This document shows positions 1 through 11,761 of a DNA stretch of 64,000 nucleotides, piece after piece. Location of the stretch: the NCBI RefSeq assembly GCF_988242995.1, contig NZ_OZ547043.1; one strand, given 5' to 3'. The notes under the pieces are model-generated. The model made no database searches. It saw only the letters and a list, made by a program, of their open reading frames with translations, and was not told the origin of the DNA. Each line of letters begins with the position of its first letter. Within the stretch, counting starts at the first letter, position 1. A program made the position numbers and the translations under genes.

Positions 1-2361
<2,361 letters not shown>

Positions 2362-2388
2362 GTAACTACCGTCGCACGAACCAGGAAA

Positions 2389-2413
2389 GCCCGATAAGCG
2401 TTGCGCATCGGGC
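2389..2413. other. GC-rich stem-loop (GCCCGAT..ATCGGGC) between convergent ascB and higA-like gene; possible terminator or REP-like hairpin
   Basis: 7-bp perfect inverted repeat with 11-nt loop read directly; no clear U-tract. Confidence 0.3.
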
Positions 2414-2439
2414 AATCTTGGGTTTGGCATCAGTCAAAA

Positions 2440-2859
2440 TCAAAGAAACCATTCCGGCTTAACGCCAAATCGGGCTGAAAGTGCCTTAATGTGGGATATC
2501 GTCAGGGATCGTTGCCCAGACAAAATCTGACTGACCAGAGATTTAGAGCCGATTTCGTTCTTCAAATCCGCATAGGTCAAATTATGTTGATCAATCAGCG
2601 TACGAAGTAACGCCACGCCAACCGGCATTGCTGCAACGGCTTTGTCGAACTCTGCAAACTTTTCGTTATTGTTTTCATATTCTGCAATGCGGCTCGCCAG
2701 AAAGTCGATAAGTGGATTAGTATCATCTTCTTCAATCAAATATTCGACCAGTTCCAGTGCTTCACGATAATCATCTTCTGAGTCACTGCCTCCCAGAAAG
2801 GGGACTGCATTGACCAGTTCTCTTGTTGCTTTAACAGCGCGTGCAGCATTAGCAGTCAT
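2440..2859 (-). CDS. HigA-like antitoxin (Xre-type HTH DNA-binding protein)
   Basis: 139-aa ORF; C-terminal HTH (SLVSQILSGQRSLTISHIKALSARFG); resembles E. coli HigA/YgjM from memory; start overlaps upstream toxin stop by 4 bp. Confidence 0.75.
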   Translation of the reverse strand: MTANAARAVKATRELVNAVPFLGGSDSEDDYREALELVEYLIEEDDTNPLIDFLASRIAEYENNNEKFAEFDKAVAAMPVGVALLRTLIDQHNLTYADLKNEIGSKSLVSQILSGQRSLTISHIKALSARFGVKPEWFL

Positions 2860-3167
2860 TCTTTGTTCTCTCTGTAGTAACGTGTCAGTTTGTCATACTC
2901 GGCGTGATTAGTTATGTGCTTCACAAAGAACCGCTTATTAACAAAGTTTATGTAGGCAATAACCCTAAGATTGTTCCCGCCGACATCCAGAACGTACCAT
3001 TTATTGCGATATTTAAAATTGTCGAGGTTGGGAAACGCCGTTCGCATTTCTTCTGGCGTAGAAAAATCCGTTTCCTTAATAACCCGATACAATGAGTGTA
3101 GAGCCAGAGCGTCGTTAGGATATTTGCGCGCACACTCTTCAAATGGCGCTTTCGAAATGATGTGCAT
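2856..3167 (-). CDS. HigB-like toxin (RelE/ParE superfamily mRNA interferase)
   Basis: 103-aa ORF; translation MHIISKAPFEECARKYP...FPNLDNFKY...VGGNNLRV resembles E. coli HigB/YgjN; toxin-first order with 4-bp overlap to antitoxin is typical of higBA. Confidence 0.75.
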   Translation of the reverse strand: MHIISKAPFEECARKYPNDALALHSLYRVIKETDFSTPEEMRTAFPNLDNFKYRNKWYVLDVGGNNLRVIAYINFVNKRFFVKHITNHAEYDKLTRYYRENKE

Positions 3168-3248
3168 TTTAACTTCCTTATTAGCGCCTGAATGACTAAA
3201 CCTGGACTACCATTCCTTCGGATTTATTTTTCTATAGTAGTTGATCAC

Positions 3249-3277
3249 ACGGGTGTTCACAATATGTAAACACCCGT
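3249..3277. promoter_or_regulatory. Inverted repeat ACGGGTGT-N13-ACACCCGT upstream of higB-like gene; candidate operator or hairpin
   Basis: Perfect 8-bp arms read from sequence, in the 166-bp spacer between hycI stop and higB-like start. Confidence 0.3.
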
Positions 3278-3333
3278 CTACACGTCACAATTGCACGTCC
3301 AAATTCCAAAACGTGAACATGTTTGTCTACGAA

Positions 3334-3804
3334 CTACTCTTCTTCCACCGCTAACTGCGCGAATCCGCCGTTCCCTTCCCAGCCTTCCAGCCGTTGATAA
3401 ACGGTTTCTACCGCATCTTTAATCGGCTGGGTCATCGGGTAGTAAAAGCCGACGATATCCGGCTGGATGCCGAGAAAAATCACTTCGCCAATATCTTCTT
3501 TTAACTGGTCGATAAGGTAGTTCAGCGGCATGTTATGGGTAGTCATCATAAACATCTCGGCGATATCATCCGGGTCGATTATGCGGATCTCGCCGGGGTT
3601 TAGCCCCATATCCGTGGCGTCGACAATCAGCAGTCGCGTAGGGCGCAGTTCACGGATGGCGACGATGTCGTTTTCCGGTGCACTACCGCCGTCAATCACC
3701 ACCCAGTGACCTTTCGGCGCGGCGGCGCACTTTTCCGCCAGTAGCGGGCCTGCGCCATCATCGCCCATCATGCTATTGCCAACACAGAGTAAAACGTCAG
3801 TCAC
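3334..3804 (-). CDS. hycI: Hydrogenase 3 maturation endopeptidase
   Basis: 156-aa ORF; translation [20 protein letters not shown]... matches HycI. Confidence 0.95.
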   Translation of the reverse strand: MTDVLLCVGNSMMGDDGAGPLLAEKCAAAPKGHWVVIDGGSAPENDIVAIRELRPTRLLIVDATDMGLNPGEIRIIDPDDIAEMFMMTTHNMPLNYLIDQLKEDIGEVIFLGIQPDIVGFYYPMTQPIKDAVETVYQRLEGWEGNGGFAQLAVEEE

Positions 3805-4207
3805 GCAATCTCCTCACCATCAAATAGATGGCGTTTTCCTGATGAATATCATGCAGCATACTTAACAGCATTGTACTCCATTCCTTCTGCTGCGAAGTTT
3901 GCGCTGCCCGGGCTTTATCGAATGCGTTGGCCAGCATCGGCACATGGTTAATGTCGATGACGATCTCACCATATTTCGGCACGCCTTCCATTTTGCGGCG
4001 GGCTTCGCTGCCCGCCTCCAGAGTGGCAATCCATGCCAGATATTCATCCCACGGACAGGTGAGCGCCGCTTCCAGGCAATCGATAACCCCAAGGTGGTGA
4101 CCAATCGCCAGGCTGTAATAGACCACCTGCTGCGCCTCGGCGGGCGTGGCATCGTTCTCATCAATAAATTTACGGCTCAGTTGACTGAACACCACCTTTT
4201 CACTCAT
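3797..4207 (-). CDS. hycH: Formate hydrogenlyase maturation protein
   Basis: 136-aa ORF matching HycH; 8-bp overlap with hycI. Confidence 0.93.
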   Translation of the reverse strand: MSEKVVFSQLSRKFIDENDATPAEAQQVVYYSLAIGHHLGVIDCLEAALTCPWDEYLAWIATLEAGSEARRKMEGVPKYGEIVIDINHVPMLANAFDKARAAQTSQQKEWSTMLLSMLHDIHQENAIYLMVRRLRD

Positions 4208-4971
4208 CGGATACGCGCCTCTTCAACAACATGATTCAGATGGCTGACAATCTCGTTCAGACGCGGATCGTTTTCCGCTTCCAGCCAGCGTGCAACCTGT
4301 TCTTCGCCCTGCCCTAACTGTGTCAGGAAGTCATCGGCAATCTGACGACCGTAACGATAACCTGCCAGGCGGCGTGCTTCGCGATCCACTTTCACGCGCA
4401 GCGGCTGCACCATATCGCCATGCAGGATCTCCGCCGGTTGTTCATCCTGCTCACCCGGCCCACGGGCGTGAATTTTCTGCTCCAGCAGGCCGAGCGCCAT
4501 TGCAAAGCCGTATAGCGTAGCGGCAGGCGTTGGCGGGCAGCCAGGGATGTAGACATCTACCGGGACGATTTTATCCGTACCGCCCCACACGCAGTAGAGA
4601 TCGTGGAAGATCCCGCCACTGTTACCGCAGGCACCGTAGGAGATACAGATTTTCGGGTCCGGCGCGGACTGCCACGCACGCAGCGCAGGGGATCGCATTG
4701 CACGGGTGACCGCGCCGGTAAACAGTAAAATATCCGCATGACGCGGTGAAGGAACGACTTTAATGCCGAAGCGTTCTGCATCAAACAGCGGCGAAAGCGT
4801 GGCGAAAATTTCGATTTCGCAGCCGTTGCAGCCGCCGCAGTCCACGCGGTAAACGTAGGCAGAACGTTTGATTTTTTTCAGTAACGACGCCTTCATGCTG
4901 GCGATGGATTCATCCACCGTCATCGGGACCGGAATGCCGTTGGCGTCACGGGGGCCTAATAAATTGCTCAT
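4204..4971 (-). CDS. hycG: Hydrogenase 3 small subunit (NuoB-like)
   Basis: 255-aa ORF; Fe-S cysteine motifs; synteny. Confidence 0.93.
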   Translation of the reverse strand: MSNLLGPRDANGIPVPMTVDESIASMKASLLKKIKRSAYVYRVDCGGCNGCEIEIFATLSPLFDAERFGIKVVPSPRHADILLFTGAVTRAMRSPALRAWQSAPDPKICISYGACGNSGGIFHDLYCVWGGTDKIVPVDVYIPGCPPTPAATLYGFAMALGLLEQKIHARGPGEQDEQPAEILHGDMVQPLRVKVDREARRLAGYRYGRQIADDFLTQLGQGEEQVARWLEAENDPRLNEIVSHLNHVVEEARIR

Positions 4972-5513
4972 CAGATGGCCTCTTTCATATGGCGAGTCAG
5001 TTCAATACGGTCGGACGGCACCAGACATTTCTGGCGCTTACATTCCGGGCAAGTCTCAAAGCTTTCGCGGTGGTTTTCCGCGCGGCTGTCGCCGTTGTGC
5101 TTAAGCAGCGCAATGGCGTAGTCGATCTCTTTCTGAACGGCGAAAGGACGATTGCAGACGCGGCAGTTGCACAGCGCGAAGCGGGACTGTTGCAGGAAGT
5201 CTTCTTTCTTCCACACCGCCAGTTCGTACTCTTGCGACAGTTTGATCGCCGCCGTCGGGCAGACTTCTTCGCAGCGTCCACAGAAGATGCAGCGTCCAAG
5301 ATTGAACTCCCACGCAAGCTCTCCTGTGGCGAGGTCGGTTTCAACCGTTAAGGCGTTTGACGGGCAGGCATTGACGCAGGCCGCGCAGCCGATGCACTGC
5401 TGCGGGTTCTGCTCTGGCTTACCACGGAAGTTTTTATCAACCGCAATCGGCTCCAGCGGATAAGACGAGGTCGCCGTGCCGGTTTTGATGACTTTTTTGA
5501 TAAAGGTAAACAT
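4971..5513 (-). CDS. hycF: Formate hydrogenlyase iron-sulfur subunit (2x[4Fe-4S] ferredoxin-like)
   Basis: 180-aa ORF with CxxCxxCxxxCP motifs. Confidence 0.93.
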   Translation of the reverse strand: MFTFIKKVIKTGTATSSYPLEPIAVDKNFRGKPEQNPQQCIGCAACVNACPSNALTVETDLATGELAWEFNLGRCIFCGRCEEVCPTAAIKLSQEYELAVWKKEDFLQQSRFALCNCRVCNRPFAVQKEIDYAIALLKHNGDSRAENHRESFETCPECKRQKCLVPSDRIELTRHMKEAI

Positions 5514-5522
5514 GGCGATTCC

Positions 5523-7232
5523 TTATTTCAGCGGCGAGTTTTTACGCTCAATGCTGTAACGCTCGAGTTCTTTGTACGGCACCACTTTGCTCTTCTTCTT
5601 ACGCACATCGACCACGGTCATGCGGTCGGTACAGGAGTAGCAAGGGTCCAGGCTACCGATAATCAGCGGCGCATCGGAAACGGTGTTGCCGCGCAGCATG
5701 TAGCGCAGGGTCGGCCAGTTCGCGTAGGTCGCCGCACGGCAGCGCCAGCGGTACAGCTTCTGGTTGTCGCCGGTCATGCTCCAGTGGATATCGTCGCCGC
5801 GCGGCGCTTCGGCAAAGCCCAGCGCGAAACGGTGCGGAATGTAGGTAAAGCCTTCCACCATCAGCGGGCCGCCCGGCAAGTTATCCAGACCGTAATCGAT
5901 CATATTCAGCGCGGTATAGACTTCGTTGATACGCACTTTCAGACGGGAAATAACGTCGCAGCCCTGCTCGCTGTGGACTTCCATTGGCAGCAGGCCATAA
6001 CCAACAAACGGGTGATCGGCACGGGTATCACGGGCGTGACCGCTGGCACGGACCATCGGGCCAACGTTACTGAAGTCGCGAGCGATTTCCGGATCCAGAC
6101 GACCAATGCCGACGGTGCGCTGTTCCATGTTCGGTGTGCTCAGCAGCACATCCACCAGCTCCTGCACTTCACGACGCATCTGCTGTGCCAGTTGACGGGT
6201 CTGGATCATGTCATCTTTCAGCAGATCGCGACGAATCCCGCCGATCAGGTTCAGGCCGTAGGTTTTACGTGCACCGGTAAGGATCTCTGCCATTTTCATG
6301 GAGGTTTCACGCACGCGGAAGAACTGCATAAAGCCGGAGTCGAAGCCGGTAAAGTGACAGGCGAGGCCGAGGTTGAGCAGATGCGAGTGCAGGCGTTCTA
6401 CCTCCAGCAGAATGGCGCGGATCATCTGCGCACGTTCTGGCACCTGAATACCCATCGCGTTTTCCACCGACGTGGTGTAGGCGGTGCTGTGAGCAAAGCC
6501 GCAGATCCCGCACACACGGTCAGAGAGGAAGGTCACTTCGTTGTAACCCATGCGGGTTTCCGCCAGTTTTTCCATGCCGCGATGGACATAGAACAGGCGG
6601 TAGTCGGCGTCGATAATGTTTTCGCCATCGACGAACAGACGGAAGTGACCCGGTTCGTCGGAAGTGACGTGCAGCGGACCAATCGGCACGACGTTGTTTT
6701 TCTTGTCGCCCAGTTCGTTGATGAACTCGTAGGTTTCAGCATCGGTAGTCGGTGCCGGACGTTGACGATAATCCATGCTGTCTTTACGCAGCGGATAAAG
6801 TTCATCCGGCCAGTCATCCGGCAGCACCAGACGACGTTCATCCGGCAGACCAACCGGAATCAAACCGTACATATCGCGCACTTCGCGCTCGCCCCACACC
6901 GCCGCCGGAACGCGCGGCGTCACGGACGGATACTCCGGTTTGTTGGCGTCAACTTCGACGCGAACCGTAATCCAACACTTAGTGCCCTTCTCCATCGACA
7001 GCACGTAGTAAACGGCGTAATGACCATTCAGTTTGCGTTCGTCGTTGCCAAACAGCACCGACAGCCAGCCACCCTGTTTGTAGTAAAGAAACTCCACTAC
7101 TTCCGGCAGATAGTTCACCTTTACGGTGACAGTCAGCTGATCTTTGGTCTGCCAGGCGTGGTCCAGCACGACGCCCGGAAATGCCTCATTCAGCGCGGCG
7201 AGATAATGTTGACCTAATTTTTCTTCAGACAT
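5523..7232 (-). CDS. hycE: Hydrogenase 3 large subunit (NiFe)
   Basis: ORF 5523..7253; start taken at MSEEKLGQHY (569 aa) matching HycE; NiFe large-subunit C-terminal DPCxxC motif. Confidence 0.93.
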   Translation of the reverse strand: MSEEKLGQHYLAALNEAFPGVVLDHAWQTKDQLTVTVKVNYLPEVVEFLYYKQGGWLSVLFGNDERKLNGHYAVYYVLSMEKGTKCWITVRVEVDANKPEYPSVTPRVPAAVWGEREVRDMYGLIPVGLPDERRLVLPDDWPDELYPLRKDSMDYRQRPAPTTDAETYEFINELGDKKNNVVPIGPLHVTSDEPGHFRLFVDGENIIDADYRLFYVHRGMEKLAETRMGYNEVTFLSDRVCGICGFAHSTAYTTSVENAMGIQVPERAQMIRAILLEVERLHSHLLNLGLACHFTGFDSGFMQFFRVRETSMKMAEILTGARKTYGLNLIGGIRRDLLKDDMIQTRQLAQQMRREVQELVDVLLSTPNMEQRTVGIGRLDPEIARDFSNVGPMVRASGHARDTRADHPFVGYGLLPMEVHSEQGCDVISRLKVRINEVYTALNMIDYGLDNLPGGPLMVEGFTYIPHRFALGFAEAPRGDDIHWSMTGDNQKLYRWRCRAATYANWPTLRYMLRGNTVSDAPLIIGSLDPCYSCTDRMTVVDVRKKKSKVVPYKELERYSIERKNSPLK

Positions 7233-7249
7233 GCTCAAACTCTCTTTAA

Positions 7250-8173
7250 TCACGCCGCCAGCAAGGAGACGAACGCTAAAAATGCAAAGCCAAACCCAGC
7301 CCAGGTAATGCGCGGAGTAATATCAAGACGTAGACGGGCCATGCTGTTTTCGAACAGCGCGATAACCAGGACGCCGACCACCAGTTTGACGATGGCAATC
7401 ACCAGCGCCAGCAGCAGTCCACCAGCGGTGAAGGTTTCCATTTGTCCCCACGGAATAAACACCCCGACGAACATCTGCAACACCACCAGCTGTTTCAGGC
7501 TGATACCCCATTTCATGACGCCAAAGCCGCTACCGCTGTATTCGGAGAGCGGACCTTCCTGCAACTCCTGCTCGGCTTCCGCCAGGTCGAACGGCAGTTT
7601 GCCCATTTCGATAAAAGTGGCGAACGCACAGGCACAAAGCGCCAGCACCAGCGGGATGCTCTGGCTCAGTGGCCAGTGATAAACGGTGTCGGTGATGTTG
7701 CTGATGTTGGTGGAACCGGCAACCTGTGCGGCGACCCACAGACCAAGCAGCAGCATCGGTTCGACCAGCACGCCAAGCATCGCTTCACGGCTCGCGCCGA
7801 TAGCGGTAAACGGGCTACCGGTATCCAGACCGGAAATGGCAAAGAAGAAACGCGCGATGGCAAAGAGATACAGCAAGGTGATCAAATCGCCCAGCTGCGG
7901 CAGCGGAGAACCAACGGTCACCACCGGCAGCGCAGTAGCGATAGTCAGCATGACGCCCACCATCACATACGGCGTCAGGCGGAACACCCAGCCGGAGGCA
8001 TCCGGGCCAACACTCTGGCGGCCCAGCAGTTTGATAATGTCGCGATACTCCTGCAACACGCCCGGCCCGCGACGGTTATGCAAGCGGGCGCGCGCCACGC
8101 GGGTTATACCGGAGAGCAGCGGCGCAACGGCAAATAACACCAGCGCCTGAATTAACGGATATAAAACACTCAT
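7250..8173 (-). CDS. hycD: Formate hydrogenlyase membrane subunit (NuoH-like)
   Basis: 307-aa polytopic membrane ORF; synteny. Confidence 0.92.
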   Translation of the reverse strand: MSVLYPLIQALVLFAVAPLLSGITRVARARLHNRRGPGVLQEYRDIIKLLGRQSVGPDASGWVFRLTPYVMVGVMLTIATALPVVTVGSPLPQLGDLITLLYLFAIARFFFAISGLDTGSPFTAIGASREAMLGVLVEPMLLLGLWVAAQVAGSTNISNITDTVYHWPLSQSIPLVLALCACAFATFIEMGKLPFDLAEAEQELQEGPLSEYSGSGFGVMKWGISLKQLVVLQMFVGVFIPWGQMETFTAGGLLLALVIAIVKLVVGVLVIALFENSMARLRLDITPRITWAGFGFAFLAFVSLLAA

Positions 8174-8175
8174 TC

Positions 8176-10002
8176 TCAGGCTCCTCGTGAAACAATAATC
8201 ACCACCAGTACCGCCAGTTCAACCAGCGCCATCCGGCGGAACAGCAACGCACTCCCCTCGCACTGCCAGCCCGGTACCAGCGACACCGGATTCAGCCATT
8301 TGCGCAGTTTCAGCACCGGCGCAAACGCCTGTTTCACCGGCATGGCAAAACCGTGAGCAGTAATCACCATTGATTTTTCATGGTCGTAGCCGCACACCCA
8401 GGCCGCGCCGCGGGAACGCGACGGCAAACGATCGCCTTTGCAAATCGCCATAATGATGAATGGCAGCAGCGGGCAGGCAATCAGCAGCAACGTGATCATG
8501 GGTTGAGAAACGGTGGTGTTAGCAGGCTCCAGCGGCAGAGGTACAGCAGCAGAGAGCATCGGCAGCAGCCACGGCGCAGCAACACCGCCAATTACGCAGC
8601 AAATCGCCAGTGCCACCACGCTTACGCTCATCAGGAGCGGCGCACTGGTGGCGTTTTCGGCTTCTTTGGTACGCGGCGCGCCGAGGAACGTGACGCCATA
8701 GACTTTCGCCATACACATCACCGCCAGCGCACCGGTAATTGCCAGACCCACTGCGAGCAGCGGCCCCAGCAGACGGGCAACAAACGCGCCACTATTGCTC
8801 AGTTTGAAGAAGGATTGATAGATAACCCATTCCCCGGCAAACCCGTTCAGCGGCGGCAACGCAGCCATTGCCATCAGCCCAACTAACATGGCGATGGAGA
8901 TAACCGGCATTTTCTTGCCAATACCACCGAGTTTTTCGATATCGCGATGACCGGTACGGAACCAGACGCTCCCCGCCCCGAGGAACAGTACGCTTTTGAA
9001 CAGGCTATGGTTAAGCAGATGGTACAGACCACCGACCAGGCCAAGAGCAATCAGCGCCGGTTGTTCGAGCGCGATACCCGTTACGCCAGCGCCCAGCCCC
9101 AGCAGGATAATGCCGATATTCTCCAGGGTGTGGTAAGCCAGCAGGCGCTGGATGTTGTGTTCCATCAACGCATACAGACCACCGACGAACGCGGTGATCA
9201 TGCCGAGCACCAGCAGCGCGATCCCCCACCACAGCGGTGCATTACCGCCCAGCAGCGACAGGGTTAAAATGCCCAGCAGGCCAATTTTCATGACTACCGT
9301 AGAAAACAACGCGGCAGCTGGCGCAGAGGCGTTAGCATGTGCCTGCGGCACCCAGCCGTGCAGCGGAATAATCCCGGCCAGCAGGCCAAAGCCAATCACA
9401 CCGAGCAGCCAGATATCGGAACCGAGCGGCAGCTGTTGCATACGCATATCCAGCAGGCGCAGATCCAGCGTGCCGTAACGCTGCCACAGCAGCCAGCAGG
9501 CAATCGCCAGCAGCAGAGTGCCAAGACGCCCCAGCGCAAACCACAGTTTGCCCTCTTTGCTGTTGCTGGTGAGGAACACCGCACACAGGGCCATGATTTC
9601 GGCCATTACCACGAACATGCCGAGGTTGCTGGCGATGACGGCACAGACGGCGGCAGCCATCAACATATTGATCTGCAAGCCGTTGCATTTCACCTGCGCG
9701 TGGCGATGCCAGTCAATGTTGTAGAGGCTGACAAACAGACCGCACAGGCCGAGCGTAATCAGCCAAATCGCGTTAAGCGGAGAGATTTGCACATCGTAGC
9801 TTACCAGCGACAGCGCACCGCTCACGCCAACCGCACCAGTCAGCACAGTGAAGCCCGCGGCTGCCGTATACAGGCTACCCACCGCGCCGCCAATTCCGGC
9901 TATCCAGCCACTCAGCGCCTTTTGAAAAGAAAAGAGAAATGCCAGAACAGCGGCGGCGGCAAACCACGCCACGCCACTATTGATCAGGGAAATTGCGCTC
10001 AT
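8176..10002 (-). CDS. hycC: Formate hydrogenlyase membrane subunit (NuoL/antiporter-like)
   Basis: 608-aa polytopic membrane ORF; synteny. Confidence 0.92.
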   Translation of the reverse strand: MSAISLINSGVAWFAAAAVLAFLFSFQKALSGWIAGIGGAVGSLYTAAAGFTVLTGAVGVSGALSLVSYDVQISPLNAIWLITLGLCGLFVSLYNIDWHRHAQVKCNGLQINMLMAAAVCAVIASNLGMFVVMAEIMALCAVFLTSNSKEGKLWFALGRLGTLLLAIACWLLWQRYGTLDLRLLDMRMQQLPLGSDIWLLGVIGFGLLAGIIPLHGWVPQAHANASAPAAALFSTVVMKIGLLGILTLSLLGGNAPLWWGIALLVLGMITAFVGGLYALMEHNIQRLLAYHTLENIGIILLGLGAGVTGIALEQPALIALGLVGGLYHLLNHSLFKSVLFLGAGSVWFRTGHRDIEKLGGIGKKMPVISIAMLVGLMAMAALPPLNGFAGEWVIYQSFFKLSNSGAFVARLLGPLLAVGLAITGALAVMCMAKVYGVTFLGAPRTKEAENATSAPLLMSVSVVALAICCVIGGVAAPWLLPMLSAAVPLPLEPANTTVSQPMITLLLIACPLLPFIIMAICKGDRLPSRSRGAAWVCGYDHEKSMVITAHGFAMPVKQAFAPVLKLRKWLNPVSLVPGWQCEGSALLFRRMALVELAVLVVIIVSRGA

Positions 10003-10610
10003 TTAGCCTCTCCACTTTGAGCCTGCTGAAACAAGGTGAGATCGCCAAAGTCCGTGTTAAAAGTCAGCTCACGCTTACGTTTGCTGACGCGGGCGATATC
10101 GGTGTTATCCACCAGATGCAGGGCTTTAGTCGGGCACATCCGCACGCAGGCCGGACCTTGTTCATCAAAGCTACAAAGGTCACATTTGACGGCGATCGCG
10201 CGAATACCTGGCACCCAGTCAAGCAATGTGCTGACACGCGCCGGAGCAGGCGGTGCCGGTGGCGCTTTCGGGGTATTGGCGTTTGCCGGAATATCCAGCG
10301 GACGGCTGCCGGAAAATTCAATTGCGCCAAACGGGCAGGCGATGCCGCACAGTTTGCAGCTTACGCACAGACTTTCATTCAACTGCACGGCCCCATCAAC
10401 GCGGGTGATGGCGTTAACCGGGCAAACCACCGCACAGGGCGCATCTTCACAGTGGTGACAGAGCTGCGGCGCAGATTCTTTTTCATTGAGCATCACTCGC
10501 AGGCGCGGCATTGATTGCAGGCCGTGCTGGCGATGCGTCTCTGAACAGGCGGCCTCACAGGTGTGGCAGCCGATACAGAGCGTGGAGTCAGCAATTACAA
10601 AACGATTCAC
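9999..10610 (-). CDS. hycB: Formate hydrogenlyase iron-sulfur subunit
   Basis: 203-aa ORF with four Cys clusters (CxxCxxCxxxC). Confidence 0.93.
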   Translation of the reverse strand: MNRFVIADSTLCIGCHTCEAACSETHRQHGLQSMPRLRVMLNEKESAPQLCHHCEDAPCAVVCPVNAITRVDGAVQLNESLCVSCKLCGIACPFGAIEFSGSRPLDIPANANTPKAPPAPPAPARVSTLLDWVPGIRAIAVKCDLCSFDEQGPACVRMCPTKALHLVDNTDIARVSKRKRELTFNTDFGDLTLFQQAQSGEAK

Positions 10611-10734
10611 CAGGCATTCCTCAGGTGATTGTCATTTTTGACGAAAACATGCCGATGAAATGTCATTTTCGACACTCATCGACACGCCCATCCCCAAACA
10701 GGCGTAACGCCTGCAAAACGGGCAAAGCCTCAGC

Positions 10735-11196
10735 TCATGCTGCCGGGCTTTGTCCCTTTACCAGTTGGCTTAAATTCACCGGCACATTGTTTTCAATGGC
10801 GGTGTATAAGCTGTCGTAAACGCCAGCGATTTTTTCGAGATAGTGTTCCAGAACCTGTTCGCGATCGCGGATGTTGACCTTGCCATCAATCATGCCGTCA
10901 ATGCTCAGTTGCGCCTGCGCAATCCGCTGTTTGTCTTCACCATCTTTTGTTTCGACGTAATACTCGATGGTGTGGCTGTTAAAGCCATCCGCCAGGGTGA
11001 CGTAAATGCGAAAATGTTCAAAAAGGACGAAACAGAGTTCTTTGTCCGGCGCGCAGCTCATGGCGTGATGCAGGCGCGCTTTCGATAACGTGATCCCCTG
11101 AACCAGCGAATTGCAGTAGATGTGCCACTGGTCCTGTAGGCGACGATGCCGCTGTGCGATGTAATCGGCTTTCTCGCTTATTTCCCAAATAGTCAT
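10735..11196 (-). CDS. hycA: Formate hydrogenlyase regulatory protein (FhlA antagonist)
   Basis: 153-aa ORF MTIWEISEKADYIAQRH... matches HycA. Confidence 0.93.
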   Translation of the reverse strand: MTIWEISEKADYIAQRHRRLQDQWHIYCNSLVQGITLSKARLHHAMSCAPDKELCFVLFEHFRIYVTLADGFNSHTIEYYVETKDGEDKQRIAQAQLSIDGMIDGKVNIRDREQVLEHYLEKIAGVYDSLYTAIENNVPVNLSQLVKGQSPAA

Positions 11197-11233
11197 TGTC
11201 AGGTTACCCGTTTAACAGAGATGCCAGCTTTAA

Positions 11234-11249
11234 GCATTTTCTGTGCCAA
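11234..11249 (-). promoter_or_regulatory. Candidate sigma-54 (-24/-12) promoter of the hyc operon
   Basis: Minus-strand TGGCAC-N5-ATGCT about 40 nt upstream of hycA ATG; hyc is known to be FhlA/sigma-54 dependent. Confidence 0.5.
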
Positions 11250-11361
11250 CTTTTAATTAATTGTTATTAAACAGATTTTTAAGATAAAGATGAATTTCGT
11301 CGCCGTGTCGACGTGTCATTTCGACATCATCGACATTATTCATCGCAGGGATAATCAACAC

Positions 11362-11377
11362 TGGCACAATTATTGCT
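11362..11377 (+). promoter_or_regulatory. Candidate sigma-54 (-24/-12) promoter of the hyp operon
   Basis: TGGCAC-N5-TTGCT about 30 nt upstream of hypA ATG. Confidence 0.55.
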
Positions 11378-11407
11378 TGTAGCTGGCAATAGTTAATGGG
11401 AGGCGAT

Positions 11408-11758
11408 ATGCACGAAATAACCCTCTGCCAACGGGCACTGGAATTGATCGAACAGCAGGCCGCAAAACACGGCGCAAAACGCGTAACTGGGGTCTGGCTC
11501 AAAATTGGCGCATTTTCTTGTGTCGAAACCAGCTCTCTTGCCTTTTGTTTTGATCTGGTTTGCCGCGGCAGCGTGGCGGAAGGTTGTAAACTGCACCTCG
11601 AAGAACAAGAGGCCGAATGCTGGTGTGAAACATGCCAACAGTATGTGACGCTACTGACCCAGCGCGTCCGCCGCTGTCCACAGTGTCATGGTGACATGCT
11701 ACAGATTGTGGCAGACGACGGTTTACAGATTCGGCGGATAGAAATAGACCAGGAGTGA
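11408..11758 (+). CDS. hypA: Hydrogenase nickel incorporation protein
   Basis: ORF 11396..11758; start taken at MHEITLCQRALE (116 aa); CxxC...CxxC zinc motif. Confidence 0.93.
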   Translation: MHEITLCQRALELIEQQAAKHGAKRVTGVWLKIGAFSCVETSSLAFCFDLVCRGSVAEGCKLHLEEQEAECWCETCQQYVTLLTQRVRRCPQCHGDMLQIVADDGLQIRRIEIDQE

Positions 11759-11761
11759 GCG

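Noticed and set aside
5784-7217. 477-aa plus-strand ORF
   Set aside because: Lies entirely antisense to hycE; long antisense frames are common in GC-rich coding DNA and the translation is low-complexity and Arg/His-rich
7442-8137. 231-aa plus-strand ORF
   Set aside because: Antisense to hycD, no RBS, Arg/Gln-rich low-complexity translation
8380-10020. Several plus-strand ORFs (168 aa, 227 aa and shorter)
   Set aside because: All antisense to the hycC membrane-subunit gene; compositionally implausible (Arg/Gln/His-rich)
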